NCBI GenBank assembly: GCA_963839865.1
Contig: CAWIWS010000030.1
Span: 5,301 to 69,300 of the forward strand
Length of the DNA stretch: 64,000 nucleotides
Direction: 5' to 3'
From: an uncultured Acidobacteriota bacterium
GTDB lineage: Bacteria > Acidobacteriota > Vicinamibacteria > Vicinamibacterales > UBA2999
Shown: positions 8,871 to 19,743 of the stretch, piece after piece
How the letters are laid out: each line of letters begins with the position of its first letter
Position numbering within the stretch: the stretch's first letter is position 1
Made by a program: the position numbers and the translations under genes
The notes under the pieces: model-generated
The model's database searches: none
What the model saw: only the letters and a program-made list of their open reading frames with translations
What the model was told of the DNA's origin: nothing

Positions 8871-9428
8871 ATGCCGAAACGCGAAGACGTCATCCTGTTC
8901 AGCGGCGGCGCCCAGGGCGCCGAAGCCGAGTTCGGGGCCTGCGCGGAACGCCTGGGCATCGAGGAAGTGAACTTCTCGTTTGACGGCCACAAGCCCACGC
9001 GCACGCGCGGGCTTCGTGTCCTCAATCACGAGGAGCTCGCGTCCGGCGAGGTCAGCCTCGCGTACGTGTCAAAGCTGATGAACCGGCGGTATCCGGATAC
9101 CCCGACCTTCCGGAAGATCCTGCAAAGCATCTGGTATCAGGTCAACAACGGCCAGGAAATCTACGTTGTGGGGACCATCCAGCCGGACCAGACGGTCCGC
9201 GGCGGCACCGGGTGGGGCGCCGAATTCGCCAAGCTGTGCGCCAAGCCGCTGTTCGTGTTCGATCAGGAGAAGGCGGCCTGGTTCCAGTGGGACGGCGAGG
9301 CGTGGGCCGAGCGTCGCGGCAGCGACGAACCGGTGATCACCCACGTCCACTTCACCGGCACCGGCACGCGCGTCCTCTCGCCCGCCGCGCAGCAAGCCAT
9401 TTCCGCGCTGTTCGCGCGGTCGTTCTAG
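8871..9428 (+). CDS. hypothetical protein with LOG/DprA-like (SLOG superfamily) Rossmann motifs (185 aa)
   Basis: Intact ORF starting 3 nt after the RRM gene. Motifs ILFSGGAQGAEAEFG and VRGGTGWGAEFAKL resemble the GGxxGxM and PGGxGTxxE glycine loops of LOG/SLOG proteins. The family assignment comes from motif resemblance only. Confidence 0.55.
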   Translation: MPKREDVILFSGGAQGAEAEFGACAERLGIEEVNFSFDGHKPTRTRGLRVLNHEELASGEVSLAYVSKLMNRRYPDTPTFRKILQSIWYQVNNGQEIYVVGTIQPDQTVRGGTGWGAEFAKLCAKPLFVFDQEKAAWFQWDGEAWAERRGSDEPVITHVHFTGTGTRVLSPAAQQAISALFARSF

Positions 9429-9447
9429 ACAGCCCTAAACACGAAAA

Positions 9448-9488
9448 CACGGAAGCACGGAGTCCTGAATGGCTTCCGTGCTTCCGTG
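9448..9488. terminator. perfect 14-bp hairpin (CACGGAAGCACGGA / TCCGTGCTTCCGTG, 13-nt loop) between convergent genes
   Basis: Read directly. Each arm is itself a near-tandem octamer (CACGGAAG CACGGA). It lies between the stop codons at 9428 and 9510. Confidence 0.6.
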
Positions 9489-9509
9489 CGTCTGTGGCCC
9501 GTTCGTCCG

Positions 9510-12426
9510 CTAGAACCGGACGCCGAAGGAGCCGAGGTAAGTGCGGCCGCCCGTCAGCCCCGGACGCGGTCTCGGGTAATTCGCGGTCGACGTGCCCTGC
9601 CCGAAACGCGCCCCCTTGACGTAGCCGGTGGGCAATCCATCGGCGTCGAGCGCGCTCGCCGCATCGACCGTAATGGTGGTGTCCCACGTGATCAGCTTGT
9701 CGTTGTTGAACACGTTGAGCACTTCGATGCGCGCCCACGGCCGCACGGTCTTCCAGACCGGAATCGAGTAGGTCGCGCCGAGATCGAAGAGCCCGTAGCC
9801 GGCGAACTCCTGGCTGCCGCGATCACCGAAGAAGAGCGTCTGCGATCCGTTGGCGCCAGAGCCCGGCAGTCGCGCGTAGCCCGGATTCCGCGACCGCTGG
9901 ATGGCGCTCAGCGGCACGCTGGCGGCGGTCAGGCTGTACGTGAGCGCCGAGTTGTAGCGCCAGATCGGGGCGATGTCGAGGCTGCCGAAGCGCCCCAGTC
10001 CCTGCTGGTAAATCGACCACAGGCGCACCTTGTGCCTCTGGAAATCGTCCAGGCGGCCCATCGGGAAGTCCCGCGCTTCGACCAGGATCTCGGGATAGTC
10101 GCCGAGCGGCGTGCCGATGCCCGGCTGGTTGGCGGCCTCGCCTTCGTAGTTGCCGTTGTTGGTGAGTTGCACCGTGTAGTGTCCCGCCACCGACCAGTTC
10201 CCGCGCACGTGATAGTCGCCCTGGAACTGCATCGCGCGGTAGTCGCGCACCGCTTCGTCGGTGTTGCGGTAGTAGGTGTTGTCGAACGTCCCGAAATTGA
10301 CGCCGCCCTGGACGACGGTCGTCTTGCCGGACGCCGACGGATCGTCGATGAAGGAATCGATGAGTCCGGTGGCCGTGCGCCAGATGTACATCGCGCGCAC
10401 CACGCCCTTTTCGCCGAGGTTCTGCCCCACCGACGCCGTCACCTCACGCGTGATCGGCGACTGCAGCCCGTCCTCGAGGAAGATGTTCGCGTTCGGGAAC
10501 GACCCGGAGACCACCGAGTAATTCGACAGGTCGAAGGCCGGCGCGAAGTCGAGTCCCTGCCCGGCCGGGCCGTTGTAGACGCTCGTCACGCGCGCCGGGT
10601 TGGCCACGGTCGTGTTGCGGCCGAAGATGCTCGACGTGTAGCGGCCCGAATAGTGGGCGTAGGACGCGCCGAGTACCGTGCGCCCGCTGCCGGTCGCGTC
10701 GTAGGTCGCGCCGATGCGCGGCACCCAGGACCCCGCGTCGGCGCCGGTGGCGCCACCGGTCGCCTCGCTCAGCGCATGCTCGTAGCGCAGCCCGATGTCG
10801 AGGCTGAGGCGGGCGGTCGGGCTCCAGCGGTCCTGCACGTAGAACGACGTCGTCGTGATGTCGATCTCGGCGCCGCGCGTCGGGATGGAGTTGCCGATCG
10901 TCGATGCGCCAGGAATCCAGACGGGGACGACGCGCCCGTTCGCGTCGATCACCGGCTTGCCCGCCACCGCGAGGTAGTCGGTGTTGAAGATGTAGCCGGT
11001 GGACGACTGCGAGTTGCCGCCGCGCAGGATGAGCTCGAACCGCTCGATGCCGGCCTTGACGTCGTGCGTGCCCCAGCCGGGGCGCGAGCCGAAGTACGAC
11101 ACGGCGCCCGTGATCTGGTTGTTGTCGCGGTCCTCGGGATCGTTGCGGTCGAAGTAGGCCGCATTGAATTCGAGGCCGCCGGGGGCCACGCGGCCGATCG
11201 TGAGGAACGGCGAATCCTGCAGGCGCGTGCTCGAGTTGCCGAACCGCGGGTGATTCGTCTTCTGCGAGTACTGCGCCGTCGCGAAGAAGCGCTGGGCGAG
11301 CACGCCGTTCCAGTTGGCCACGAGGAGGTGGCCGGGCGTGTCCTGGTTGTCACTCGCGTTGGGATCGATCGTCACCGGCAGCGAAGGCTTGAAGCTGTTC
11401 TGCCGGCGATCGGTGTACTGGACCTGCAGGGTCTGGTTCGTCATCGGCGTCGCCGTGACCTTGCCCTCCCAGCGATTCTGGTCGTCGGTCTGCTGGAACG
11501 GCGCCGCGGTCTGCGGGAGGGTAAGCGAGGTCTCGCTGGACTGCGACCGGCCGGCAAAGAAGAACCACACGCGGTCCTTGCGAATCGGCCCGCCGAAGGT
11601 GCCCTCGTAGTAGCGATCCATCTTGCTCTGCCGCTGCTGGTTGTTGGCCTTCTCGTACGGTGTTTCGTCGGTCCACGCGGAGTTGGACAGGTTGCTGCGG
11701 ATGCTGCCTGAGAACAGGTTGCCGCCGCTCTTGCTGATCACGTTGACCACGCCGCCGGAGAAGCGCCCGTACTCGGCCTGGATGCCCGACGTGAGCACCT
11801 GCGTCTCCTGCACGGCCTCTTCGATGTAGAGATCGTCCGGCCGCGCGAGGAGGTTGTCACCAATGTCCACGCCGTCGAGCAGGAACACGTTGTCATAAGC
11901 CACCGCGCCCGAAATCGTGACCTGGTTGACGTTGGGCGTGTTGTTCGTCAGACCGGGTGAGAATTCGGCGACGAGGGACGGTGTGCGCCCAATCGGCAGC
12001 GTCTCCACCTCCGGCGTGCGGATGTTGAGGCCGCCCGTGGGCCGGGTGAGGAGCGACGGGACCGAGGCCACCACCGTCACGGCTTCCGTCGCGGCCGCCG
12101 GCGACAACGTCGCGTCCAGGTCCGCCGAGCCCCCGAGCGGGACGTCCACGGCGCCGGTCACCGCCTTAAATCCGGCGAATTCGAAGGTCACCGAATAGCG
12201 GCCTGGCGGCAAACCGGCAAACTGGTACGCCCCGGCGTCGGTCACGACCGACCGGGCCCCCTGCTGGGCGGGGGATTCGGCACGGACGGTGGCGCCTGAA
12301 ATGACCAGGCCTGAGGCATCGCGGACCGTGCCGCCTAAGCACCCCGGTCTGGACGCCCTGGGCGCCCGCTGGCAGCGCCCAAAGCGCGGCGATTACCGCG
12401 GCGACGCTGAGAAAATATCGAGACAT
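9510..12426 (-). CDS. TonB-dependent-receptor-like outer-membrane protein with an N-terminal carboxypeptidase-regulatory-like domain; one apparent frameshift near 12330
   Basis: Signal peptide MSRYFLSVAAVIAALWALPAGAQG. CarboxypepD_reg-like stretch: TDAGAYQFAGLPPGRYSVTFEFAGFKAV. Plug-like stretch: ...QVLTSGIQAEYGRFSGGVVNVISKSGGN. A long beta-barrel follows, ending GRTYLGSFGVRF. Confidence 0.85.
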
Positions 12427-12722
12427 TTCTTTCCCCTTGCTCTGGGTATGAAGGACGAATTGATATGACAATAGATGACTTCATAGCAATTAGAGTGCCA
12501 AGTCAACGATTACACGCTCCCCACCGCCTTCTTGGCGTGCAAAGGGCTGAGAAGGCTGAATCGGGGGGTGAACGGGAGGTCTGGACGCGGAAAACAGGGA
12601 CGGGCAGTCAGGGGAGGAAGGGCCACCGGCCCGCGCCTTCGGTTTGTTGAATTCAGATCGCGCGCATTGGAGCCGCTCGTCCAACGGACGGGTGCCTCCG
12701 GGTCACCCCGGAGCACCGCGAT

Positions 12723-14002
12723 ATGATGCTCCACAAGATGGGACGCGAAGTTATCGCGGGGATCACCACCTTTCTGACGATGGCCTACATCGTCGTGGTC
12801 AATCCCGCCATCCTGTCGACGCCCGGCACGGGCATCCCGTTCTCCGGGGCGCTCACCGCCACCGTCCTCGTCTGCTTCACGATGACGCTCTTCATGGGGC
12901 TGTTTGCGAAGCTGCCCTTCGGCGTCGCGCCGGGCATGGGGCTGAACGCGTTCTTCACCTACGCGATCATCATCAACCGCGGCGTGCCCTGGCCCGCCGC
13001 GCTCGGCATCGTGTTCTGGGCGGGCGCGCTCTTCCTGCTGGTCTCGGCGACGCCGCTTACGCGAGCGCGTGGCGATGGCCATCCCGTCCACTCTCCGGTC
13101 CGCGACGGCCGCCGGCATCGGCCTGCTGCTCGCGTTCATCGGGCTGCAGAACGCGGGCTTCGTCGCGGCCAACCCGGCGACGATGATCGGCGTGGGGCCG
13201 CTCGGACCATCGCGCGCTGCTGTACGCTCGTGGGGCTGTTCATCTGCGTGCGGCTCAGCCGGAACCACAACCCGTTCGCCTACCTCGCGAGCATGCTCGT
13301 CGTCACGGCGTGCGCCTGGGCCGGCGGCTGGGTGGACGCGCCGGCCTCGTGGGTCAGCGCGCCGGACTTCTCGTCGGTCTTCCTCAAGCTCGACGTGTGG
13401 GGCGCGCTCAGGTGGTCGCTCGCGCCCGCGATTGTCACGGTGATGATGACCGACATGTTCGATTCGCTGTCGACGTTCATCGGCGTGGCGCACGCGGCGA
13501 ACCTGGTGGACGCGCGCGGCGAGCCCCTCAACCTCCGGCGCGGGTCTGATCGTGGACGCCGCGGCCACGCTCGGCGCGGGCCTCTTCGGCAGTTCGCCGG
13601 GCACCGCGTTCGCCGAGAGCATCGCGGGCATCCGCATGGGCGGCCGCACGGGCACGACCGCCGTGGTCACCGCGTTCTGTTTCCTTCCCTGCCTGTTCAT
13701 CGGCCCCATCGCCGCGACGATTCCTCCACTACGCCACGGCCGCGGTCCTGATCCTCGTGGGCGTCTCGATGTTCCAGTCCGTGACCCACCTCGCCTTCGA
13801 TCGCCTCGAGATCGCGGTCCCGGCGTTCGCGACGCTGCTCCTCATCCCGCTCACGTTTTCGATTACGCAGGGTATCCTGTGGGGATTCATCCTTCACGCG
13901 GTGCTGCACGCGCTCGTCGGCCGCGCGCGGGAGGTCAGCGCTCCCGCGTGGTGGCTCGCCGTGGTGTCGGCAGCCCTGCTGGTGCTGGAACATGCCTACT
14001 GA
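12723..14002 (+). CDS. NCS2-family purine permease (adenine/guanine/hypoxanthine, AzgA/PbuG-like); several apparent frameshifts
   Basis: Pieces read EVIAGITTFLTMAYIVVVNPAILS...GVAPGMGLNAFFTYAII; AIPSTLRSATAAGIGLLLAFIGLQNAGFV; TVMMTDMFDSLSTFIGVAHAANL; DAAATLGAGLFGSSPGTAFAESIAGI; FATLLLIPLTFSITQGILWGFILHAVL. Confidence 0.8.
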
Positions 14003-14534
14003 CTCACCGATTCTCGACGCCGCCCGTGACGAGTTCCAGAAGATCAAGCGCCTGGCCGACATGGCCATCGCGCAGCTGAACGACGCGCAGCTGCACGACA
14101 CGATCGATGCCGAGGCCAACAGCGTGGCGATCCTGATGCGGCACATGGCCGGCAACATGCGATCGCGCTGGGTCGGCTTCCTCACCGAAGATGGCGAGAA
14201 GGCCACGCGGCAGCGGGACCGCGAGTTCGTCGAGTCCCACCGAGACGCGCGCGGACCTGCAGGCCGAGTGGGAGCACGGCTGGCAGTGCGTGTTCGACGC
14301 GCTCGCGACCGCTCACCGACGCCGACCTGCTGCGAACCGTCGATGATTCGCGGGGAGCCCCACACCGTGATCAAGGCCATCGGCCGCCAGACGTCGCACT
14401 ACGCGGGCCACGCCTACCAGATTCTCCTGCTCGCCAAGCACGTGCTGGGCCCGGACTGGAAGACGCTGTCGATCCCCCGCGGCCAGTCCGAAGAATTCAA
14501 TCGGCGGATGCTCGCGAAGTTGAAGGGAGCGTAG
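13992..14534 (+). CDS. DinB-superfamily protein (DUF1572-like); internal out-of-frame patch about 14235-14340
   Basis: MPTDSPILDAARDEFQKIKRLADMAIAQLNDAQLHDTIDAEANSVAILMRHMAGNMRSRWVGFLTEDGEKATRQRDREF ... IRGEPHTVIKAIGRQTSHYAGHAYQILLLAKHVLG. The middle reads sensibly (ADLQAEWEHGWQCVFDALA) only in another frame. Confidence 0.7.
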   Translation: MPTDSPILDAARDEFQKIKRLADMAIAQLNDAQLHDTIDAEANSVAILMRHMAGNMRSRWVGFLTEDGEKATRQRDREFVESHRDARGPAGRVGARLAVRVRRARDRSPTPTCCEPSMIRGEPHTVIKAIGRQTSHYAGHAYQILLLAKHVLGPDWKTLSIPRGQSEEFNRRMLAKLKGA

Positions 14535-14561
14535 GCCGGACCTTCTGGTCCGGCCGGCGCC

Positions 14562-15554
14562 ATGGCTTCAATCCTGCGCTGGGGCATTCTCGGAACGGCG
14601 CGCATCAACCGTCGGCTCATCCCGGCCATGCGCGCGGCCGCGCGGAGCGACACTGACGGCGGTCGCCAGCCGCGATCGCACGCGCGCGGAGGCGCACGCA
14701 GCCGAATGGCAGATTCCCAGGGCCGTCGACGGCTACCGGCGGCTGCTCGAGGATGACGCCATCGACGCCGTCTACATTCCCCTGCCCAACAGCCGGCACG
14801 TGGAGTGGACGCTCGCCGCCATCGACGCCGGCAAGCACGTGCTGTGCGAGAAACCGATGGCCCTCACGCCGCACGACGTGGATCGCGTGGCGGCGGCAGC
14901 CGCGGCTTTCGGCGTGGTCGTCGAGGAAGGCCTGATGTATCGCCACGAACCCCTGACAGCACGCGTGATGTCGCTCGTCTCGGACGGCGCGATCGGCGCG
15001 GTGCGCGCCATCGTGGCCGGCTTCACGTACGCGCAGAGCCGCGCGGGCGATGTCCGCCTCGATCCCGCGCTCGGCGGCGGTGCGTTCTGGGACGTCGGCT
15101 GCTATCCGGTGACCTACGCCTGCCTGCGTCGCCGGGCAACGATCCCAAGATGGTCTTCGGGTCGGCGCAGTGGGGGCCGTCCGGCGTGGACGAGGAGTTC
15201 ACGGGCCTGCTGCGATTTCCCGGCGGCGTCACGGCCAACATCTACGCGGGGTTCCGCGCGGCCTACCGCACCTGGCTCGAGGTGATCGGGACCGACGGGC
15301 GCGCTGACCGTGCCCAACCCGTTCAAGCCCGGGACCGATCGAGACGCTCGAACTCGAGCGCCTCGGCCAGGTCGAGCACATCGCCGTCGCCGGCTCGTCA
15401 CTGCTCTTCGTGCGCGAGGTCGAGGACTTCGAGGCCGCGGTCCTGGACGGCGTCGCCCGCGGTCGTCAGCCTCGCCGAAAGCCGCCGGACCGCCGCCGTG
15501 CTCAGCCGGCTCTACGCCTCGGCACGCGACGCCGCGGCGTTGTATTCTCAATAG
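14562..15554 (+). CDS. Gfo/Idh/MocA-family oxidoreductase; several apparent frameshifts
   Basis: LRWGILGTARINRRLIPAMRAA; VEWTLAAIDAGKHVLCEKPMALTPHDVDRVAAAA...GLMYRHEPL (EKP motif); FWDVGCYPVTYA; VFGSAQWGPSGVDEEFTGLLRFPGGVTANIYAGFRA. Confidence 0.8.
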
Positions 15555-15556
15555 AC

Positions 15557-15779
15557 GTGGACACGACAGCCGCCACCGTCCTGTGGCGGATGGTCCGCGC
15601 AGGCGGCGACCACGCGCAGGAGCGTGCTGCTGCCGGGCGGCCCGCCGTACACCGTGGCGTTCTTCGTCAACGAGGTCACCGACCGCGTCGAGCAGTTCGA
15701 CGACCTCGCGTTGGCGCTGTTTCGTGCCGAGGACATCAAGCGTTCGCTGGCCGGCGACGGCTGGACCGAAGAAAGCTAG
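15557..15779 (+). CDS. possible small hypothetical protein (about 50-75 aa); the start is uncertain
   Basis: A strongly GC3-biased frame reads VLLPGGPPYTVAFFVNEVTDRVEQFDDLALALFRAEDIKRSLAGDGWTEES and ends at TAG 15777-15779. It may be joined by a frameshift to VDTTAATVLWRMVRAGGDHAQER. I recognise no family. Confidence 0.3.
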
Positions 15780-15791
15780 CTCCCCGATCCC

Positions 15792-17031
15792 ATGATTACC
15801 CTGAACAACCGCCATCGCACCACCAGCGTCCGCGTCGGTCCCCTCGTCGTCGGCGGCGGCGCGCCCGTGGTCGTCCAGTCGATGACGATGACCGACACGG
15901 CGGATGCCGCGTCGCACGGCGAAGCAATGCATCGAACTGTGGCAGGCGGGATCCGAGATGGTCCGCGTGACGGTCAACGTGCCGGAGGCGGCGGCCGCGG
16001 TGCCCGAGATCAAGCAGCGGATGCTGGACGCCGGGTGCGAGGCGCCGCTCATCGGGGACTTCCACTACAACGGTCACCTGCTGCTCACCCGCTATCCCGA
16101 CTGCGCGCGCGCCCTCGACAAGTACCGGATCAATCCGGGCAACGTCGGCACAGGCAAGCGGCGCGACGAGCAGTTCGCCACGATTTGCGAGGTGGCGATC
16201 GACGCACGGCAAGCCGGTCCGCATCGGCGTCAACGGCGGCTCCCTCAATCAGGAGCTGGTGATGGCGAAGATGCAGGAGAACACCGACCGCAACCTCGGC
16301 AAGGAGTCGGACGACATCATCAACGAGTGCATGGTGCTGTCGGCGATCCAGTCGACCGAGCTGGCGATCGAGACGGGACTGCGGCCAGAACCAGATCATC
16401 ATCTCCTGCAAGGTGTCACGGCCGCGCCACCTGATCGACGTCTATCGCGCGCTGGCGAGGCAGACCACGCAGCCGCTGCACCTCGGCCTCACGGAAGCCG
16501 GCATGGGGACGAAAGGCCTGGTGTGGTCGTCGGCGGCGATGGGCGTGCTGCTGAACGAGGGCATCGGCGACACGATTCGCGTCTCGCTCACGCCGCGCCC
16601 CGGCGGCGACCGGCGCGAGGAAGTGTACGCGGCGTGCGAGCTGCTGCAGTCCCTCGGCATGCGGACCTTTGCCCCGAGCGTCACGGCGTGCCCCGGCTGC
16701 GGACGCACGACGAGCTCCACGTTCCAGGAGCTCGCCGAGGCCGTGCAGGGTCACATCCGCGACAAGATGCCGGCGTGGAAGAGCGACGTACGAAGGGCGT
16801 GGAGAACGCTCACGCTCGCGGTGATGGGCTGCGTCGTGAACGGGCCCGGCGAGTCGAAGGCCGCCAACATCGGCATCTCGCTGCCGGGCACGGGCGAGGC
16901 GCCGAACTGCCCCGTCTTCATCGACGGCGTGCATGCCACGACGCTCAAGGGCACCTACGACGAGCTGGCCGCTCGCGTTCGAGAAGCTGCTCGACGATTA
17001 CGTCGACACGAAGTACGCGCGGAAGGCCTGA
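15792..17031 (+). CDS. ispG: 4-hydroxy-3-methylbut-2-en-1-yl diphosphate synthase; several apparent frameshifts
   Basis: Pieces: [24 protein letters not shown]; [54 protein letters not shown]...YRINPGNVG; [40 protein letters not shown]...[13 protein letters not shown]...[21 protein letters not shown]. Confidence 0.85.
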
Positions 17032-17934
17032 CTACTTCTTGGCCCGGACCGTCAGCACGGGGCACGGCGCGTGGCGGATCACGTGGTGCGTGGTCGACCC
17101 GAAGATCGCGAGGTTGACGACGCCCTTGCCGTGCACGCCGAGGACGATGAGGTCGGCGAGCGTGTCACGGGCGATGCGCTGAATCTCGGCCGACGGCTTG
17201 CCCGTCGCCACGATCGTGTCCACCTTGCACACCTCGCGCACCGCTTTGGGAACGAGGTCTTCGATGCGCGCGCGCGCCGCGTTCTCGCGCAGGATGCGGT
17301 ACTCCGAGACGGGAGGCGCGAGCAGCTCGGCCTGATCCTCGAGCTCCCACGGCACAGCGTGCACGACCGTCAGGCGGCTGCCCGCCTCCTGCGCCAGCGA
17401 CATCGCGTACTCGAGGGCGGTCAGCGACGCGTTCGAGAAGTCGGTCGCGCACAGGATGGAGGTGAACGGCCCGGGGACGGTCGGGGCCTTGTCCGCGCTG
17501 GGCGGCACCGTCAGCACCGGGCACTCGAGCTTGCGCAGCACCTTCTCGGTGACCGATCCGAGCACCAGGTGCTCGAAGCCGCCGCGTCCGTGCGTGCCCA
17601 TCACCACCAGGTCCGCGGGCATCTCCTTGGCGTTGGCCAGGATCTCCGTCACCACGAATCCTTCCTTCAAGACGGGCTTCACGTGCACGTCCGCCGGTAC
17701 GACTTCGGCCACGAACTGATCCATGCGCTTGATGAGCGCCTGGCGCGCCTGCGGCGTGAGCCCGGTCACCGCCGGCATGGGCGGGAATTCGACCGACGAC
17801 ATCACGACGGGCTCGACCAGCAGCGCGCAGATGTCGGCGCGATACCACCGGGCGACCAGAGACGCGTACTCCAGGGCGCGGCGCGAGGTGTCGGACAGGT
17901 CGATGGGGCACAGGATGCGCTGGATGGTGATCAT
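17032..17934 (-). CDS. universal stress protein with tandem UspA domains (300 aa, intact)
   Basis: [24 protein letters not shown]...[35 protein letters not shown] in the first domain. The second domain reads ...[35 protein letters not shown]. Confidence 0.9.
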   Translation of the reverse strand: MITIQRILCPIDLSDTSRRALEYASLVARWYRADICALLVEPVVMSSVEFPPMPAVTGLTPQARQALIKRMDQFVAEVVPADVHVKPVLKEGFVVTEILANAKEMPADLVVMGTHGRGGFEHLVLGSVTEKVLRKLECPVLTVPPSADKAPTVPGPFTSILCATDFSNASLTALEYAMSLAQEAGSRLTVVHAVPWELEDQAELLAPPVSEYRILRENAARARIEDLVPKAVREVCKVDTIVATGKPSAEIQRIARDTLADLIVLGVHGKGVVNLAIFGSTTHHVIRHAPCPVLTVRAKK

Positions 17935-18065
17935 GAGCAGACTCCGCCCTCAACAGTGCAAGACACGCGCCACGCGGTTCCGAGCCGAATTGCCTGCGAT
18001 TGCCCGAGTCCCGACAGCCCCTGCCGAAACTTCGGCGCGCAGATGGTCGCGGCCGGCCGGACGGC

Positions 18066-18071
18066 TAGAAT
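18066..18071 (+). promoter_or_regulatory. -10-like box TAGAAT, 8 nt before the ATG at 18080
   Basis: Sequence reads acggCTAGAATgtggcgtgATG. No SD motif is present. Confidence 0.4.
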
Positions 18072-18079
18072 GTGGCGTG

Positions 18080-19724
18080 ATGAATCGACGGTTCGGCCTC
18101 GTGCTTGCGCTGGTAGTCGCATCCCTCCATACGCCTGCGGCACGCGAGGCACCCGCGGCACCTCCGCCTGTGGCACCGGAGGCACCTCAGGCACCCGTGG
18201 CACCCGACGCGGGACAGGTCTTTGATGTGCTCATCAAGGGCGGCCGCGTCCTGGACGGCACGGGCAATCCCTGGTACCGCGCGGACATCGGGATCGTCGG
18301 CGATCGGATCCGCGTGATCGGATCGCTCCCCGGCGCCACGGCGAAGACCGTGGTCGACGCCGCGGATCGATTCGTGACGCCGGGATTCATCGACGTTCAT
18401 TCGCACGCCGGTCCCGGCCTGCTCACTCCGGAACTGCGCCGGGGCGAACCGCTGCTGGCACAGGGCCTGACGACGGTGTTCGTCAATCCCGATGGCGGGG
18501 GCCCCGTGGACATCGCGGCGCAGCGCGCGGGGTACGAGTCGGGCCACACCGGCACCAACGTCGGCATCTTCGTGCCGCACGGGTTCAATCCGGCAGGCCG
18601 TGATGGGCATGTCGGACCGCAACCCAGACGCGGCGGAACTCGCGCGGATGGTGGACCTCACCCGCAAGGGCATGGAGGCCGGCGGCCTCGGCCTCTCAAG
18701 CGGCCTCTGGTACGCGCCGGGCAGTTACTCGAAGACGTCGGAGGTCATCGCGATGGCCAGGGCCACGGCGCCATTTGGCGGCGTCTACGAAAGCCACATC
18801 CGGGACGAGGCGGACTACAACATCGGTGTCGTGGCGGCGGTGGACGAGGTGATTGCCATCGCCGAGGGCGGCGGCGTCCGCGGCGTGGTCACCCACATGA
18901 AGGCCCTCGGGCCCGCGAGCTGGGGACTCTCCAAGACCCTGATCGCGCACATCGACGCGGCGCGCGACCGCGGCGTCGAAGTGTTTGCCGATCAGTACCC
19001 GTACGAAGCGAGCGGCACCAGCATCGTCGGCGCGCTGATTCCCCGCTCCGCGCAGGTGGGCGGGCGCGAGGCCCTGCTCAAGCGCATCAAGGGCGAGCTG
19101 CGCCCGGAAATTCGGGCTGAGGTGAAGACGAACATCGCGAAGCGCGGCGGGGCCGACACGTTTCTCGTCAGCGAGTACGCGCCGGACACCTCCATCGAGG
19201 GCCGGCGCCTGTCGGATCTCGCGGCGAAGGCGGGCCTGTCACCGGAGGAATACGCGCTGACGCTCCTCGAGCGCGGCGATGCAGGGCTCGTGTCGTTCAA
19301 CATGTCGGAAGACGACATCGAGCGCATCATGCGCGAGCCCTGGACGATGACGTGCACGGACGGAGACCTGGGTCCGCTCAACGTGGGCAAGCCGCATCCT
19401 CGGGCCTACGGCGCGTTCGTGCGGAAGCTGGAGCGCTACGTGCGGGAGCGGAAGACGATCGACATCGCCGCCGCGATTCGGTCGATGACTTCCCTGCCGG
19501 CGACGGTGTTCGGCATCAAGGACCGCGGCCAGTTGCGGCCGGGCGCGTTTGCGGACGTGTTGATCTTCGACCTGGCGAAGGTGCACGAGCCGGCGACCTA
19601 CGCGAACCCGCACCAGCTCGCCGAGGGGATGACCGACATCCTGGTCAACGGCGTGCTGGTGCGGCGCGATGGCAAGTTCACGAGCTCACTTCCCGGGCGC
19701 GTGGTGACCCCGGAGCGGAGGTAG
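18080..19724 (+). CDS. secreted N-acyl-D-amino-acid deacylase (D-aminoacylase, amidohydrolase superfamily); one apparent frameshift near 18585
   Basis: Signal peptide MNRRFGLVLALVVASLHTPAA. Then FDVLIKGGRVLDGTGNPWYRADIGIVGDRI...FVTPGFIDVHSHA. In the second frame: GGVYESHIRDE...VVTHMKALG...VFADQYPYEASGTS...MTCTDGD...HPRAYGAFVRKL...DRGQLRPGAFADVLIFD. Confidence 0.85.
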
Positions 19725-19743
19725 GGGTGAAGTATCAGGGTTT

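Noticed and set aside
12427-12722. Purine (guanine/adenine) riboswitch upstream of the NCS2 purine permease
   Set aside because: By eye I could not find the conserved purine-aptamer junction and loop sequences, nor ZTP or ykkC-like cores. I keep it only as an unexplained long leader in the findings, not as an annotated riboswitch.
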